A DNA stretch of 32,000 nt from an uncultured archaeon (GCA_964589775.1 CAZPUN010000055.1:5677-37676), one strand, 5' to 3'. Counted from the first letter of the stretch, positions 9,099 to 18,795 are shown. Numbers and translations: made by a program. Notes: generated by a model from the sequence alone, not told the origin.

Positions 9099-9655
9099 TC
9101 CGGAATGAATTTAATGGATTTTAGCAGAGTCAACCCAGCCTCATTATACTTTTCGTCCAGAAGTGCTAATGCGAAAAAGACGCGTTTTATAGATTCTATG
9201 TATCCCATCATGGAATATAGATAGGAATTTTTATGATCATCCTTATATTGCTTATATGAAATAGTAATTTCATTCCCATCGATTTCGAAACTTGTTCGCG
9301 CTCCATCTTCAAATAGTAGACCCGTGTAAATTTCTATTGCTTTCTCTTTTAATTTCTCATTCTCTATGTGTACATAAGTCGATACTGTTTTGTGTATTTG
9401 GAATGTCTAATTTTATATTTCGTCGATAACTCAAAAATGCGGCAGTTGGGTAAAACGGACCGAAATTGCAATTTCAATGTCTAGTAGTTTTGTAAAATCA
9501 TCTCGGGTCTTACTCTCGCCAACTATGTTTTCAACTTCTAATGGTAGAAAGTGCTTTGTGCTATAACTTCCGATTGTTAAACTCATTGCTATTTTTCCAA
9601 GGGCTTTTGCAACATCTTTTGCAGTTCTTTTCTTTGGAACTTTCAAATCAACAAA
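9095..9655 (-). pseudogene. Frameshifted gene of unknown function (~185 codons)
   Basis: Frame VDLKVPKKRTAK...LPHF hits TGA, TAA and TAG within 9 codons (9433-9407), then the same frame stays open ~104 codons (TFQIHK...SIKFIPD) to TAG at 9097-9095, overlapping the cobB stop. A shifted frame bridges the stop cluster. Confidence 0.6.
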
Positions 9656-9659
9656 AAAT

Positions 9660-9729
9660 TCGAAAATAAATTTTTGTAAAATAAAAATAAAATAATAAAA
9701 ACTAACAAAAAATAGAGAGAAAAGGAAAA
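9660..9729 (-). terminator. Oligo-T terminator region of the 1166-aa gene
   Basis: About 70 nt of T-tracts on the minus strand immediately after the stop. Confidence 0.5.
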
Positions 9730-12700
9730 TCACTTTTTCCGTTTCAAAACAACTACGATTATTACGAATATGACACCTACAATTACTGCAGCAGATATCA
9801 AATCTCTCGCACTTAAATTGAATTCTCCTGTTGTGCCGCTTGATGATGATGAACTTGCAGGATTCTGAGCAGTAACATATGCCACAAAGGCAGGATCATT
9901 GTCTATAGACTTACCGTCCCAGTGACTAAATCCTGTACTCATGAATAACATGTTTGCGTTCACAGTCCAAGTCGTAATGGATTCTGATGTACTACTCTGA
10001 TACATTGCACTGAATGCACCTACTGGAGCCGTCGAAGAGCCTGTAGAGTACGTCTTACCATCTTTACCCCAGACGTAAGTTGCACCACCCATTTGAACTT
10101 CAGCGAATGGTGTGTTATTCGCTCCGAACTGATAGGTGTTTGCTGAGATGCTTCCCATATTTGTATCATCAATTGGACGATTTCCTGCGCTATATTGAGT
10201 TCGAGTAGCCGAGCCTAGCACACCAAAATATGTAATTGCCAAGCTACGATTCTCTAAGACTGAATTATCAAAGTGATGCAAGTTCCAGTTTCCAATATAC
10301 TGATCGACTTTCAACGAAACTTCATGGTTCCAAGTTGCAGGGTTATTGGGATCAAACTGTGAAATATCAACTGAGAAATGAACCATAAATGAGATCTTAT
10401 CAATGGAAGCGGTTTCGATGTAATAATCAAAATTGGCAGGATCCAATCCATATACCGCACCACTGGTCTGTCTTAGGTCCCAAGCTCCTGTAATCGCTTC
10501 AGTTCCTTGCATTCGAATAGGATAGAGCGTACCGTTAATGTTTAGGAGTTCGACACCAAAATTGACTTGAGTGTCTGCGGATACATTTACGTTTCCGTAA
10601 GTTTGATTACTATCAAATGGCAGCGTGAATTTGATCTTTCCAACTTTATCAATTGTAAAGTAGTGCGTGACTTCGCTGGTTTTAATCATTCCATCTTCTA
10701 CGGTAAAGTCGGGAGCTCCTGGAGATGCTTCTGTAGCATTATCCTTGAATAATAGGAATCCAGCAAATTCGGCTCTGAAGAATGCCCACTGCTTCGATAC
10801 GTTGTTTATGGCAGTGAGGAAGTACTGACTTGTTCCAAATCCGAACCAAGACCATTCCCAGTGATTCGCAGGTTGGTCCCCAATTTGGACTTCAAGAGTC
10901 TTATTTACTGTAAGCCATGCAATGTATTCATATCCGGGATTAGGCGATTTATTTGTTTGATTTGCCCATACGATTTGGCGAATTCTATTAAGTTCTGTAG
11001 AATTCACTGGAGTCATATCTGATGCATGATACCAGTAGAATGTCTCAGTTGCATTAAAGTCCATACTAAATGTTACTAAGCCCATCCAATTATCAGATCT
11101 AAACTCATCACCTTGAAATTCAGGAGATGGATCAAACATTAGTTTCACGAGTAATGCTGTTTTGTTCACATGAACGATGTCGTTCCATGTACCGACACGC
11201 TGCACAAAGTACTGGTCTGCAGTCGTGTGAATATCGCCATCAAGATCTAAAGCACCATCTTCGGTGACTGTCCAGTGTTGTGGCTCCCACGTACGAGGAT
11301 TACCAATCATGAATGTAGGTGGCAAGAATATCGTTTTTTCATTGAAAATAACTCCACCAATTGATGACATTTTCTTAGTCCAGTCCATTGGGAGATACAT
11401 AGGCTTTACATAGTATGCCTCACTTCTCTTGCCAGTAAGTGTAAATCTATCGATAATGGCTTCTGTAGCATTTTCTGTGAACTTTATTCGTGTTGTTATC
11501 CTTGAAAAATCAGATGTCATGCTAATGGACGCCTTTTGAGCAATAATTGGATTAGTTAGAATGTAATTCTCTTTAAATATTAGAGCTCCGGTGCGTCTCA
11601 GATATATCTCTTTGGTAACATCACCATATGTAGTTACATTACCACTTTCAAAATCAATTGTTATGGAATATCGTACCTTATTAACTATGACATGAGTGTC
11701 ATTTACTATTTGTGAATGACCTAGCATTGTGTATGTAATATTGTACTGCTTAACTTCGTATTTGATTAATAATCCAGGATATTGAGACATTGTGAAAATA
11801 ATGGAACCATTAATTAATTCACTTCTTGCATATACATCCAGTGAGATATTCATCCATTCATTTATTCCGATACTTCTAATTAGGTCACCCGTTTCGGATT
11901 CCAGTCTTGCCTGAATTGCAAGGTCACCAAATGCTAAGGACAATCCATGTTGTTTGATCGCATAGCTAGGAAGAGCATGCTTTAGCTTCTGTGTGACAAC
12001 GCGACCAAGATTCACATCTACGTGGAATACAGTTCCATAACTATATAGTTCCCAGGAGGCATCAACTGCAGAAGTCAGATATCCACCCCATTGAACTACT
12101 GTCTGGTCTGAGCTTGCAAATGTAAATGTATTATTGACTACAAAATAATCCTCAACGTGCAACGTACTATTTTCAATTACTTTGAGGTTTACTTGCCAGA
12201 AGCCACCATATTTATTTTCGGTCCATGTCCAATAAATACTAGGATAGCCTACAAGAACGCGTGGACCAATGGATGCATTATACTCGTAGAACAATGATGG
12301 TAATACCTCAAAGCTAGCATGCTTCCATGTTGTATCTTTATCTGTAAGACTCGCAGGTATATCAACAGACAGTTCGTAATAGTATGAGGTATTATGAATA
12401 ATCTCTCCGAGATCAAATATCGCATATGAAATTGGCTCATTACATGAGATTTTGAATACAAAGGTCTGATTTACATCAGTATAGAAAATATGGTCTCCAT
12501 TTGTATCATAAAATCCTGCATCATAATATACTGGATATAGCCATTCGGTAAACGGAACAGCCATGCCAACTCCAATTGGTGGTGTTCTAAATCGTCCATT
12601 TTTAATAGATGCAAGCCAGCTTGGTCTTAGAATCATACCATTTGAGTCTGTGATTTTAAGCTCAGTCCAGAATACGGACGCTGGCACTTGAGATGTAAAT

Positions 12701-13230
12701 CTAAGAACAAAGGTACAATTATAATCGTTAGTTCCTTCATGATAGGCACTCATATCAGAACTAAATTCGATTACTGAGATCTGAACTTGGTCATTTGTAT
12801 TTCGTCTATATGCAAAACTAGCATCAACCCACCTCTGAGAGGTAACGTTGTAGCTTAGCATAAATACCATAACCATGCTTTCCGTCGGTGCATAACCCCA
12901 GAACTTTATCAATTCGGGTGTTGCTCCGGAAGGCATGTAATTCTTTGGAATTAGAACTTCAATTGCGATCCACATACTGGGATCAACTTTAAAATCATTC
13001 TCCATAATATTCGTTCCATTTAAATATTTGGCAGTCACAGATGGCTGAGGACCAAACATCCATCGAGAATTTGAATAACTGTGTGTATGATCTTCAACTC
13101 CATTGATATACTGCCATTGGACATTAATATATGGAGAACTCTCATTTTGAGCGGTGCTAATAACGGGTGCATTTACCAGCATGGTCAAAAATAAAATGCT
13201 GATTAACAGACCCATACTTATTTTTCTCAT
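9730..13230 (-). CDS. Large secreted, C-terminally membrane-anchored surface glycoprotein
   Basis: Signal peptide MRKISMGLLISILFLTMLVNAPVISTA, beta-rich body with many N-x-S/T sequons, SSSSSSGTTG linker, and C-terminal TM ending LKRKK. Confidence 0.88.
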   Translation of the reverse strand: MRKISMGLLISILFLTMLVNAPVISTAQNESSPYINVQWQYINGVEDHTHSYSNSRWMFGPQPSVTAKYLNGTNIMENDFKVDPSMWIAIEVLIPKNYMPSGATPELIKFWGYAPTESMVMVFMLSYNVTSQRWVDASFAYRRNTNDQVQISVIEFSSDMSAYHEGTNDYNCTFVLRFTSQVPASVFWTELKITDSNGMILRPSWLASIKNGRFRTPPIGVGMAVPFTEWLYPVYYDAGFYDTNGDHIFYTDVNQTFVFKISCNEPISYAIFDLGEIIHNTSYYYELSVDIPASLTDKDTTWKHASFEVLPSLFYEYNASIGPRVLVGYPSIYWTWTENKYGGFWQVNLKVIENSTLHVEDYFVVNNTFTFASSDQTVVQWGGYLTSAVDASWELYSYGTVFHVDVNLGRVVTQKLKHALPSYAIKQHGLSLAFGDLAIQARLESETGDLIRSIGINEWMNISLDVYARSELINGSIIFTMSQYPGLLIKYEVKQYNITYTMLGHSQIVNDTHVIVNKVRYSITIDFESGNVTTYGDVTKEIYLRRTGALIFKENYILTNPIIAQKASISMTSDFSRITTRIKFTENATEAIIDRFTLTGKRSEAYYVKPMYLPMDWTKKMSSIGGVIFNEKTIFLPPTFMIGNPRTWEPQHWTVTEDGALDLDGDIHTTADQYFVQRVGTWNDIVHVNKTALLVKLMFDPSPEFQGDEFRSDNWMGLVTFSMDFNATETFYWYHASDMTPVNSTELNRIRQIVWANQTNKSPNPGYEYIAWLTVNKTLEVQIGDQPANHWEWSWFGFGTSQYFLTAINNVSKQWAFFRAEFAGFLLFKDNATEASPGAPDFTVEDGMIKTSEVTHYFTIDKVGKIKFTLPFDSNQTYGNVNVSADTQVNFGVELLNINGTLYPIRMQGTEAITGAWDLRQTSGAVYGLDPANFDYYIETASIDKISFMVHFSVDISQFDPNNPATWNHEVSLKVDQYIGNWNLHHFDNSVLENRSLAITYFGVLGSATRTQYSAGNRPIDDTNMGSISANTYQFGANNTPFAEVQMGGATYVWGKDGKTYSTGSSTAPVGAFSAMYQSSTSESITTWTVNANMLFMSTGFSHWDGKSIDNDPAFVAYVTAQNPASSSSSSGTTGEFNLSARDLISAAVIVGVIFVIIVVVLKRKK

Positions 13231-13351
13231 ATTTATATCCCTCTACACCACTTTGTATCAATTTATTATATACAAAATGCAAAATAAGATTATCGGTTAT
13301 ATATTATAATTTTAAACTTAGAATTCCCATATAAATAAAAAAAAGAAAAAT

Positions 13352-14038
13352 TTAGAAAATAATTGGACCGCCAAATACCGGAATAATAAACAAAATTCCA
13401 ATTATAATTATGATGATTCCAACAACTGCTTCGATTTTATCAGCATGCATAGCCATAGTAGAAGCAAGCCGCATTCGTGCTTCCTGTGTAGCAAGTGCAA
13501 ATATCAGATATGGAATCATGACACCAATTGAGAACGAAATTAAATAGAATACAATGAGAAATAGGTTCGGTGCCGAAACGATCAATAGAAGATTCCCTAT
13601 GAATACCGGTCCAGAACATGGAGCAGCTATGAATGCATATCCAAGCCCAATTATGAATACATCGAGCATGCGTTCTTTGCCTTCTTCAGGCTTGTAATTA
13701 AAAATGACCGGAATTCTCGCAGTGAGCATTTTCAGCTGGGGTACAATTAAGAATAATCCAATAATTACCAAAACAACACCAAGAGCTGCCTGAATATATC
13801 CAAGATTCTGAATGATAAATAGAGCTATGAAACTTGCAAGTAAAGTGAATAGAGTAAAAGCTGTGATAATTCCAAAAACCAAAAGTAAAGTAATTTGAAC
13901 TACTTGACTGCGGTCAATATCCGCATTAAATAGACGAATCAGATATAGCGGAAGAATAGGAAATAGACATGGAGAAATCGCAATATAAATTCCAGAAAAG
14001 AAAAATGTAAAAATATAGGTGAAGAAGGTCGCATCCAT
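13352..14038 (-). CDS. ccdA: CcdA/DsbD-type transmembrane disulfide reductase
   Basis: SPCLFPILP and APCSGP motifs in a 6-TM protein; directly downstream of a TlpA gene. Confidence 0.9.
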   Translation of the reverse strand: MDATFFTYIFTFFFSGIYIAISPCLFPILPLYLIRLFNADIDRSQVVQITLLLVFGIITAFTLFTLLASFIALFIIQNLGYIQAALGVVLVIIGLFLIVPQLKMLTARIPVIFNYKPEEGKERMLDVFIIGLGYAFIAAPCSGPVFIGNLLLIVSAPNLFLIVFYLISFSIGVMIPYLIFALATQEARMRLASTMAMHADKIEAVVGIIIIIIGILFIIPVFGGPIIF

Positions 14039-14053
14039 TATTTTACAGCTCCT

Positions 14054-14647
14054 TTATAATAAGGCTTCTATTTGAATAGCTAACTCGTCTTCGGTCATAT
14101 AGCCTACATGGCGTGTTGATAATAGGCCATCTTTTGTTACAAAAGCTAATGTTGGAGTTGCACTAACAGCAAAATAATTCGCAACGCCATCGGTATCCAT
14201 TGCGAAGATCCAATTATCTAAAGTTGCATTATGATCATTTCTATAAGCTGCGAGTTGTTGAGAAGTTTGTGATTGCTGCACATCAATAGTTAGAATAACA
14301 ATCTTATCACCATATCGCTCAGCTATACTATGGAGAGCGTCCATTTCAGCCTCACATGCAGGACAGCCTACATACATTAATTCATAAACTACGACTTTAC
14401 CATGAAAATCATCAGTATCAAAAGTATTTCCATCAACATCAGTTAAATGAAAATTCGGAACTTGATTTGGATTAACGGTTGAACTGCTTGTAGGACCAGG
14501 CGACAATGAACCGAAATAATTTCCACTAACACTTAATACACCAATTGCAACTACGATGAATAATATGCCGAATAACCATGCGTTACGACCAATTTTGGTC
14601 TTCAAACTTGCCTTCTCTCGCTTTCTCTTTACTTTAACTCTGCTCAT
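14054..14647 (-). CDS. Membrane-anchored TlpA/ResA-like thioredoxin
   Basis: N-terminal TM, PNFHLTDVDG, GKVVV, CPAC and cis-Pro motif SATPT. Confidence 0.88.
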   Translation of the reverse strand: MSRVKVKRKREKASLKTKIGRNAWLFGILFIVVAIGVLSVSGNYFGSLSPGPTSSSTVNPNQVPNFHLTDVDGNTFDTDDFHGKVVVYELMYVGCPACEAEMDALHSIAERYGDKIVILTIDVQQSQTSQQLAAYRNDHNATLDNWIFAMDTDGVANYFAVSATPTLAFVTKDGLLSTRHVGYMTEDELAIQIEALL

Positions 14648-14799
14648 TTGGCATCCTCGTTTTTTATTTTATTATTATATTTCAGATATACGAGTGTATT
14701 ATTTTAGTTTTCATCATACAATTTAAGTATGTCGATTTTTGCGATTGAAAAAAAGGTAAAAAGAAAATGAATGAATATATTAAAAAAGAAAAGAAATTT

Positions 14800-15246
14800 T
14801 TATGTTTTCTTATATTTTCCCATAAGTTGTGCTTGTTCGAGAATATGACCCTTCATGGCTTTCTCAACGGCTTTCTTGTTCGATTTTTCAGAAAGATCTA
14901 ATGTAGTATCTAACGCATATAGTTTGAAGAAATATCGATGGGTTCCACTCGGTGGGCATGGACCCCCATAATTATTTCGACCCCAACTATTTTTGCCTTG
15001 TACGGCACCTGCAGGAACTGAATTCTCTTCAATTGTTTTAGTATCAGGAGATATATTCCAAACGATCCAGTGATCCCAAGTGCCCATTGGTGCATCAGGG
15101 TCATCCATGATAAGAACCAAAGATTTTGTACCGTCTGGAACACCAGAAATATCCAGTTGAGGATTGATGTCTACCCCTTGACATGTAAATTTTTTCGGAA
15201 TCATTTCCCCGTCCTTGAAAGCAGGACTTGAAATGCGTAATGTCAT
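14800..15246 (-). CDS. YbhB/YbcL family PEBP (Raf kinase inhibitor-like) protein
   Basis: SSPAF, DDPDAP, WDHW, YGGPCPP and HRYFFKLYALD. Confidence 0.95.
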   Translation of the reverse strand: MTLRISSPAFKDGEMIPKKFTCQGVDINPQLDISGVPDGTKSLVLIMDDPDAPMGTWDHWIVWNISPDTKTIEENSVPAGAVQGKNSWGRNNYGGPCPPSGTHRYFFKLYALDTTLDLSEKSNKKAVEKAMKGHILEQAQLMGKYKKT

Positions 15247-15446
15247 TTTTCTCCAACCCCAAATTTTTAATTATCAAAACGAATATATAAAGAATTTTAA
15301 TTTAACAAATAGGTCCGATAAAAATAATTTATTGAAAAACTTTTATTAAAGAATTGATTTCAAAGTTAAATAGAATTTATGAATTGGAACGAAATGCATA
15401 ATTTAAAATTCGTAAAAATAAAATGAAAATATCAAATAAAAAAGAG

Positions 15447-17039
15447 ATGGGCACATTGGAAGAAGAAATAGTAAAGTCGGACTTTCTGGTCATTGGAAGT
15501 GGAATTTCAGGGCTTCTATTCGCTATCAAGGCAGCTAAGCATGGCACAGTAAACCTCATAACGAAAAGATCTCTTTCAGACGCCGCAACTTATTATGCTC
15601 AGGGCGGTATAGCGGCCGTTACGTCACCCTACGATTCTTTTGAAGACCATATTCGTGATACTCTAAAAGCAGGTGATGGACTCTGTCATCGTGATGTTGT
15701 TGAACACATGGTACGAGCAGGACCGGAGCGAATCAAAGAACTTATCGAACTCGGGGTAAAGTTTACGAAAGAAAACGGAAAATATGATCTTGGGCTCGAA
15801 GGGGGCCATAGTAAAAGACGCGTTTTGCATGCGAAAGACTTTACGGGTAAAGAGATCGAGCTTGCATTAATTAAAGGCGTAAAACAATGTGAAAATATCA
15901 ATATCTTTGAAAACCATATGTCCATCAATCTGTATGCTTCAAATAATAAAGTTCGTGGAGCATATATATTAGACACAACTACAGGAACCATCAAGAGATT
16001 TATTGCACGTGTGGTAGTATTAGCTACTGGCGGGGCAGGTAAGGTATTCCTATACACAAGTAATCCGGATATCTCTACTGGCGACGGAATAGCAATGGCA
16101 TATCGTATTGGAGCCACAATTATGAATATGGAGTTCATACAATTTCATCCGACAATACTATACCATCCAAAAGTGAAATCGTTCTTAATATCGGAAGCGC
16201 TAAGGGGAGAAGGCGCGATACTTGTTGATGCAAAAGGCGAACGTTTCATGCCGAAATATCATCCGGACGCTGAACTCGCTCCCAGAGATGTAGTCGCCAG
16301 AGCCATTGATCACGAGTTAAAGAGGACTGGAGCTGATCATGTCTATCTGGATATTTCCTTTAAAGATGCAGATTACATTAAGAAAAGATTTCCAATGATC
16401 TATGAGACTTGCTTAAAAGTCGGAATCGACATAACACAGGAACCCATTCCAGTTGTGCCCGCTGCACACTATCTTTGCGGCGGAGTGAAAACCGATATTT
16501 ATGGTAGAACAGATGTTGAGAACTTGTTTGCAATCGGGGAAACGGCGGCTACTGGATTTCATGGTGCAAATCGTATGGCATCTAACTCTTTGCTCGAGGG
16601 AGCCGTTCTTGCACATAATGCCGCTATTGCAGCAGCCAAGATCGTGGAGAAGCATGAACCATTAGTAGAAATTCCGCCATGGGATCCGGGAAACGCTGTG
16701 GATAGTGATGAACTCGTCATCGTTACACATAATTGGGACGAAATTCGACGGACTATGTGGAACTATGTAGGAATCGTGCGGTCGAACAAAAGGCTTCTAA
16801 GAGCACGCAACAGAATTACACTTCTTATGGACGAGATAAATCAGTATTATTGGGACTTTAAAATCACACCGGACCTTATCGAATTACGAAATATTGCACA
16901 AGTGGCATATCTTATCGTAAAATCGGCAATGATGCGAAGGGAGAGTAGAGGTACTCATTATAATATAGATTATCCAAATAAATCCCATGAGAAAGTTGAT
17001 ACGATCATAAAGAAGGGATATCTTCCCGTTCCGGAATGA
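15447..17039 (+). CDS. nadB: L-aspartate oxidase
   Basis: IGSGISG, YAQGGIA, EGGHS..RVLH, QFHPT, LISEALRGEG, ELAPRDVVARAI, PAAHY, HGANRMASNSLLE and RESRG. Start taken at ATG 15447 (15423 also possible). Confidence 0.96.
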   Translation: MGTLEEEIVKSDFLVIGSGISGLLFAIKAAKHGTVNLITKRSLSDAATYYAQGGIAAVTSPYDSFEDHIRDTLKAGDGLCHRDVVEHMVRAGPERIKELIELGVKFTKENGKYDLGLEGGHSKRRVLHAKDFTGKEIELALIKGVKQCENINIFENHMSINLYASNNKVRGAYILDTTTGTIKRFIARVVVLATGGAGKVFLYTSNPDISTGDGIAMAYRIGATIMNMEFIQFHPTILYHPKVKSFLISEALRGEGAILVDAKGERFMPKYHPDAELAPRDVVARAIDHELKRTGADHVYLDISFKDADYIKKRFPMIYETCLKVGIDITQEPIPVVPAAHYLCGGVKTDIYGRTDVENLFAIGETAATGFHGANRMASNSLLEGAVLAHNAAIAAAKIVEKHEPLVEIPPWDPGNAVDSDELVIVTHNWDEIRRTMWNYVGIVRSNKRLLRARNRITLLMDEINQYYWDFKITPDLIELRNIAQVAYLIVKSAMMRRESRGTHYNIDYPNKSHEKVDTIIKKGYLPVPE

Positions 17040-17244
17040 CCTGTGCTTTTCTTCCTTTTCTTCATGATCTTAAAATACCATATTATACAGCGAAATAATA
17101 AAATTTTGTAAAATACGTTTATTTTAGATATATTTGAAAATACCAATTATAATAAAAAGGTTCTACAAAAAAACAAATCTATCATAAATCTTTTATTTGA
17201 AAAAGACTATCAGAATGCAAATTAAATAAAGGGGGCTTGTCCTT

Positions 17245-18789
17245 ATGAAAGGCTTCAAAGACCTATACAAAGAAGTAATAAAAGGTGGACTTTTCTCAGA
17301 AGGACATTGCTCGGTCTGTGGTGCATGTATTACAGTGTGCCCGTTGAATTTGTTATCATTCAGGAAGGAATCATTCTTTACACCCGGAGAAGAAAACCAC
17401 ATAGATAAAAAAGAAGTTAAAGAGGTATTCGCAAAATGCATCGATTGTGGTTTATGTTATGCAGCATGTCCTGAATTGAATTTCAATCTGAGACAAGCCG
17501 AAGAGCACAAATTCGGGTCTTTTGAATATACTGAGTTTGGTTATACTTTGAAAACGTTAGCCGCCCGGTCCACTGACCGAAGGCTATCCGAAAATGGTCA
17601 ATCTGGAGGTGTGATTACTACACTCCTAAAATACGTACTTGAAAACGATATCGTAGATGGCGTAATAACAACTGTGGAAGATGAAAATAACCCATGGAAA
17701 CCAATTCCTGTATTAATTACAAAAGATGAAATTGACATATTATATAAAACCCAAAAGTCGAAATATTTTCCATCCGCTACACTAACTGCACTACAAGATG
17801 CAAAGAAAAGGAAGATCAATAAGGTTGCAATTGTTGTATTACCTTGCCAACAACATGCGATTTCCAAAATGGCGATTAATAAAACATTCAAAAATTGGAT
17901 AGATCGCATTAGTTTTTCAATAGGCGTATTTTGTCTGGGAACTTATTGGACTGGCGAATTTTACGACTGGCTGAAAAAGAAGCATAAACTTGAACCACAG
18001 CAAATAAAGAAGATGTATTATGACTTTGAGAACTTTATTATCATTACTGAAGATAATAAAAAGATTATCGAAAAACGTGATGACATGTATTCTCTAACCA
18101 GAGGAAGTTGTAGAATCTGTGAAGACTTTACGAATGTGCTCGCAGACATTGCTGTAGGTGAAATTGCTACACCAGAAGGCTGGTCCACCGTAATTGTACG
18201 ATCCAATAAAGGGAAGGAAATCATAGAAGGAGCCATTCATAAGGACTACCTTTATACAAAACCATTAAGTCAGGAAGAACTCCGAATCGCCTCAGAAGTT
18301 GCAAAACTCAAATACGAATATCACGTATCCAAAAAGTTGTTCAAACTCGATTACGAAACATTCAAACGAAAATACTTGTTGATCGAACTTCCCACGGCAG
18401 AATCTGAAGGAATGCTTATGTTAAACATAATAGCAAAAAACGGCATTGATTTATATTCTGCTCGATTTGAAGAAATTAATAATATAGATGATACTCTTAT
18501 CGCAGGAGCACTATCTGCAATTCTTCAGTTCTCTAAAACAGTATTCAGTCGAAATGTCAATAACATAGACTTAGGAGATATGAATGTAATCGTTCGGAGT
18601 AGTGAGAATTTTACAATTGTTGCGGCAGTACGAAAAGGCTCAAAAGTCGAAAAGGACCAGAAAATATTCGATGAAATTTTGAAAGAACTTGAAAGTTCAG
18701 GAATTTCAAAACAAGTAGAAAATCTGATAGATACGTCCAAGATAGAAAATGAAATAGATAAAATCGTTCGGAAATTCTTCATAATATAG
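17245..18789 (+). CDS. FrhB/FdhB-family (F420-dependent oxidoreductase beta subunit) protein with 2[4Fe-4S] domain, fused to a C-terminal longin/roadblock-like domain
   Basis: CSVCGACITVCP, CIDCGLCYAACP, GQSGGVITTLL, PCQ, IGVFC, CRICEDF and ADIAVG; residues ~390-514 show the Asgard longin-like pattern (IIAKNGIDLY...DDTLIAGALSAILQF). Confidence 0.88.
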   Translation: MKGFKDLYKEVIKGGLFSEGHCSVCGACITVCPLNLLSFRKESFFTPGEENHIDKKEVKEVFAKCIDCGLCYAACPELNFNLRQAEEHKFGSFEYTEFGYTLKTLAARSTDRRLSENGQSGGVITTLLKYVLENDIVDGVITTVEDENNPWKPIPVLITKDEIDILYKTQKSKYFPSATLTALQDAKKRKINKVAIVVLPCQQHAISKMAINKTFKNWIDRISFSIGVFCLGTYWTGEFYDWLKKKHKLEPQQIKKMYYDFENFIIITEDNKKIIEKRDDMYSLTRGSCRICEDFTNVLADIAVGEIATPEGWSTVIVRSNKGKEIIEGAIHKDYLYTKPLSQEELRIASEVAKLKYEYHVSKKLFKLDYETFKRKYLLIELPTAESEGMLMLNIIAKNGIDLYSARFEEINNIDDTLIAGALSAILQFSKTVFSRNVNNIDLGDMNVIVRSSENFTIVAAVRKGSKVEKDQKIFDEILKELESSGISKQVENLIDTSKIENEIDKIVRKFFII

Positions 18790-18795
18790 GAAAGA

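Noticed and set aside
9407-9433. Selenocysteine/pyrrolysine readthrough joining the two halves of the 9095-9655 gene
   Set aside because: The cluster includes TAA as well as TGA and TAG; frameshifts explain it better.
9650-9733. Hydrophobic N-terminus of the 100-aa ORF as a signal or TM segment
   Set aside because: It is the translation of the T-rich terminator of the upstream gene.
14054-14647. SCO copper-chaperone assignment
   Set aside because: Motif is CxxC with a TP cis-Pro, not CxxxC; fits TlpA.
17072-17151. AAAATAC(CA) repeated three times upstream of the FrhB fusion
   Set aside because: Irregular spacing and low complexity; not CRISPR-like and not distinguishable from chance.
17245-18400. 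Evidence for a complete F420-reducing hydrogenase or methanogenesis
   Set aside because: No frhA, frhG or frhD in the window; FrhB-like domains occur in many contexts.
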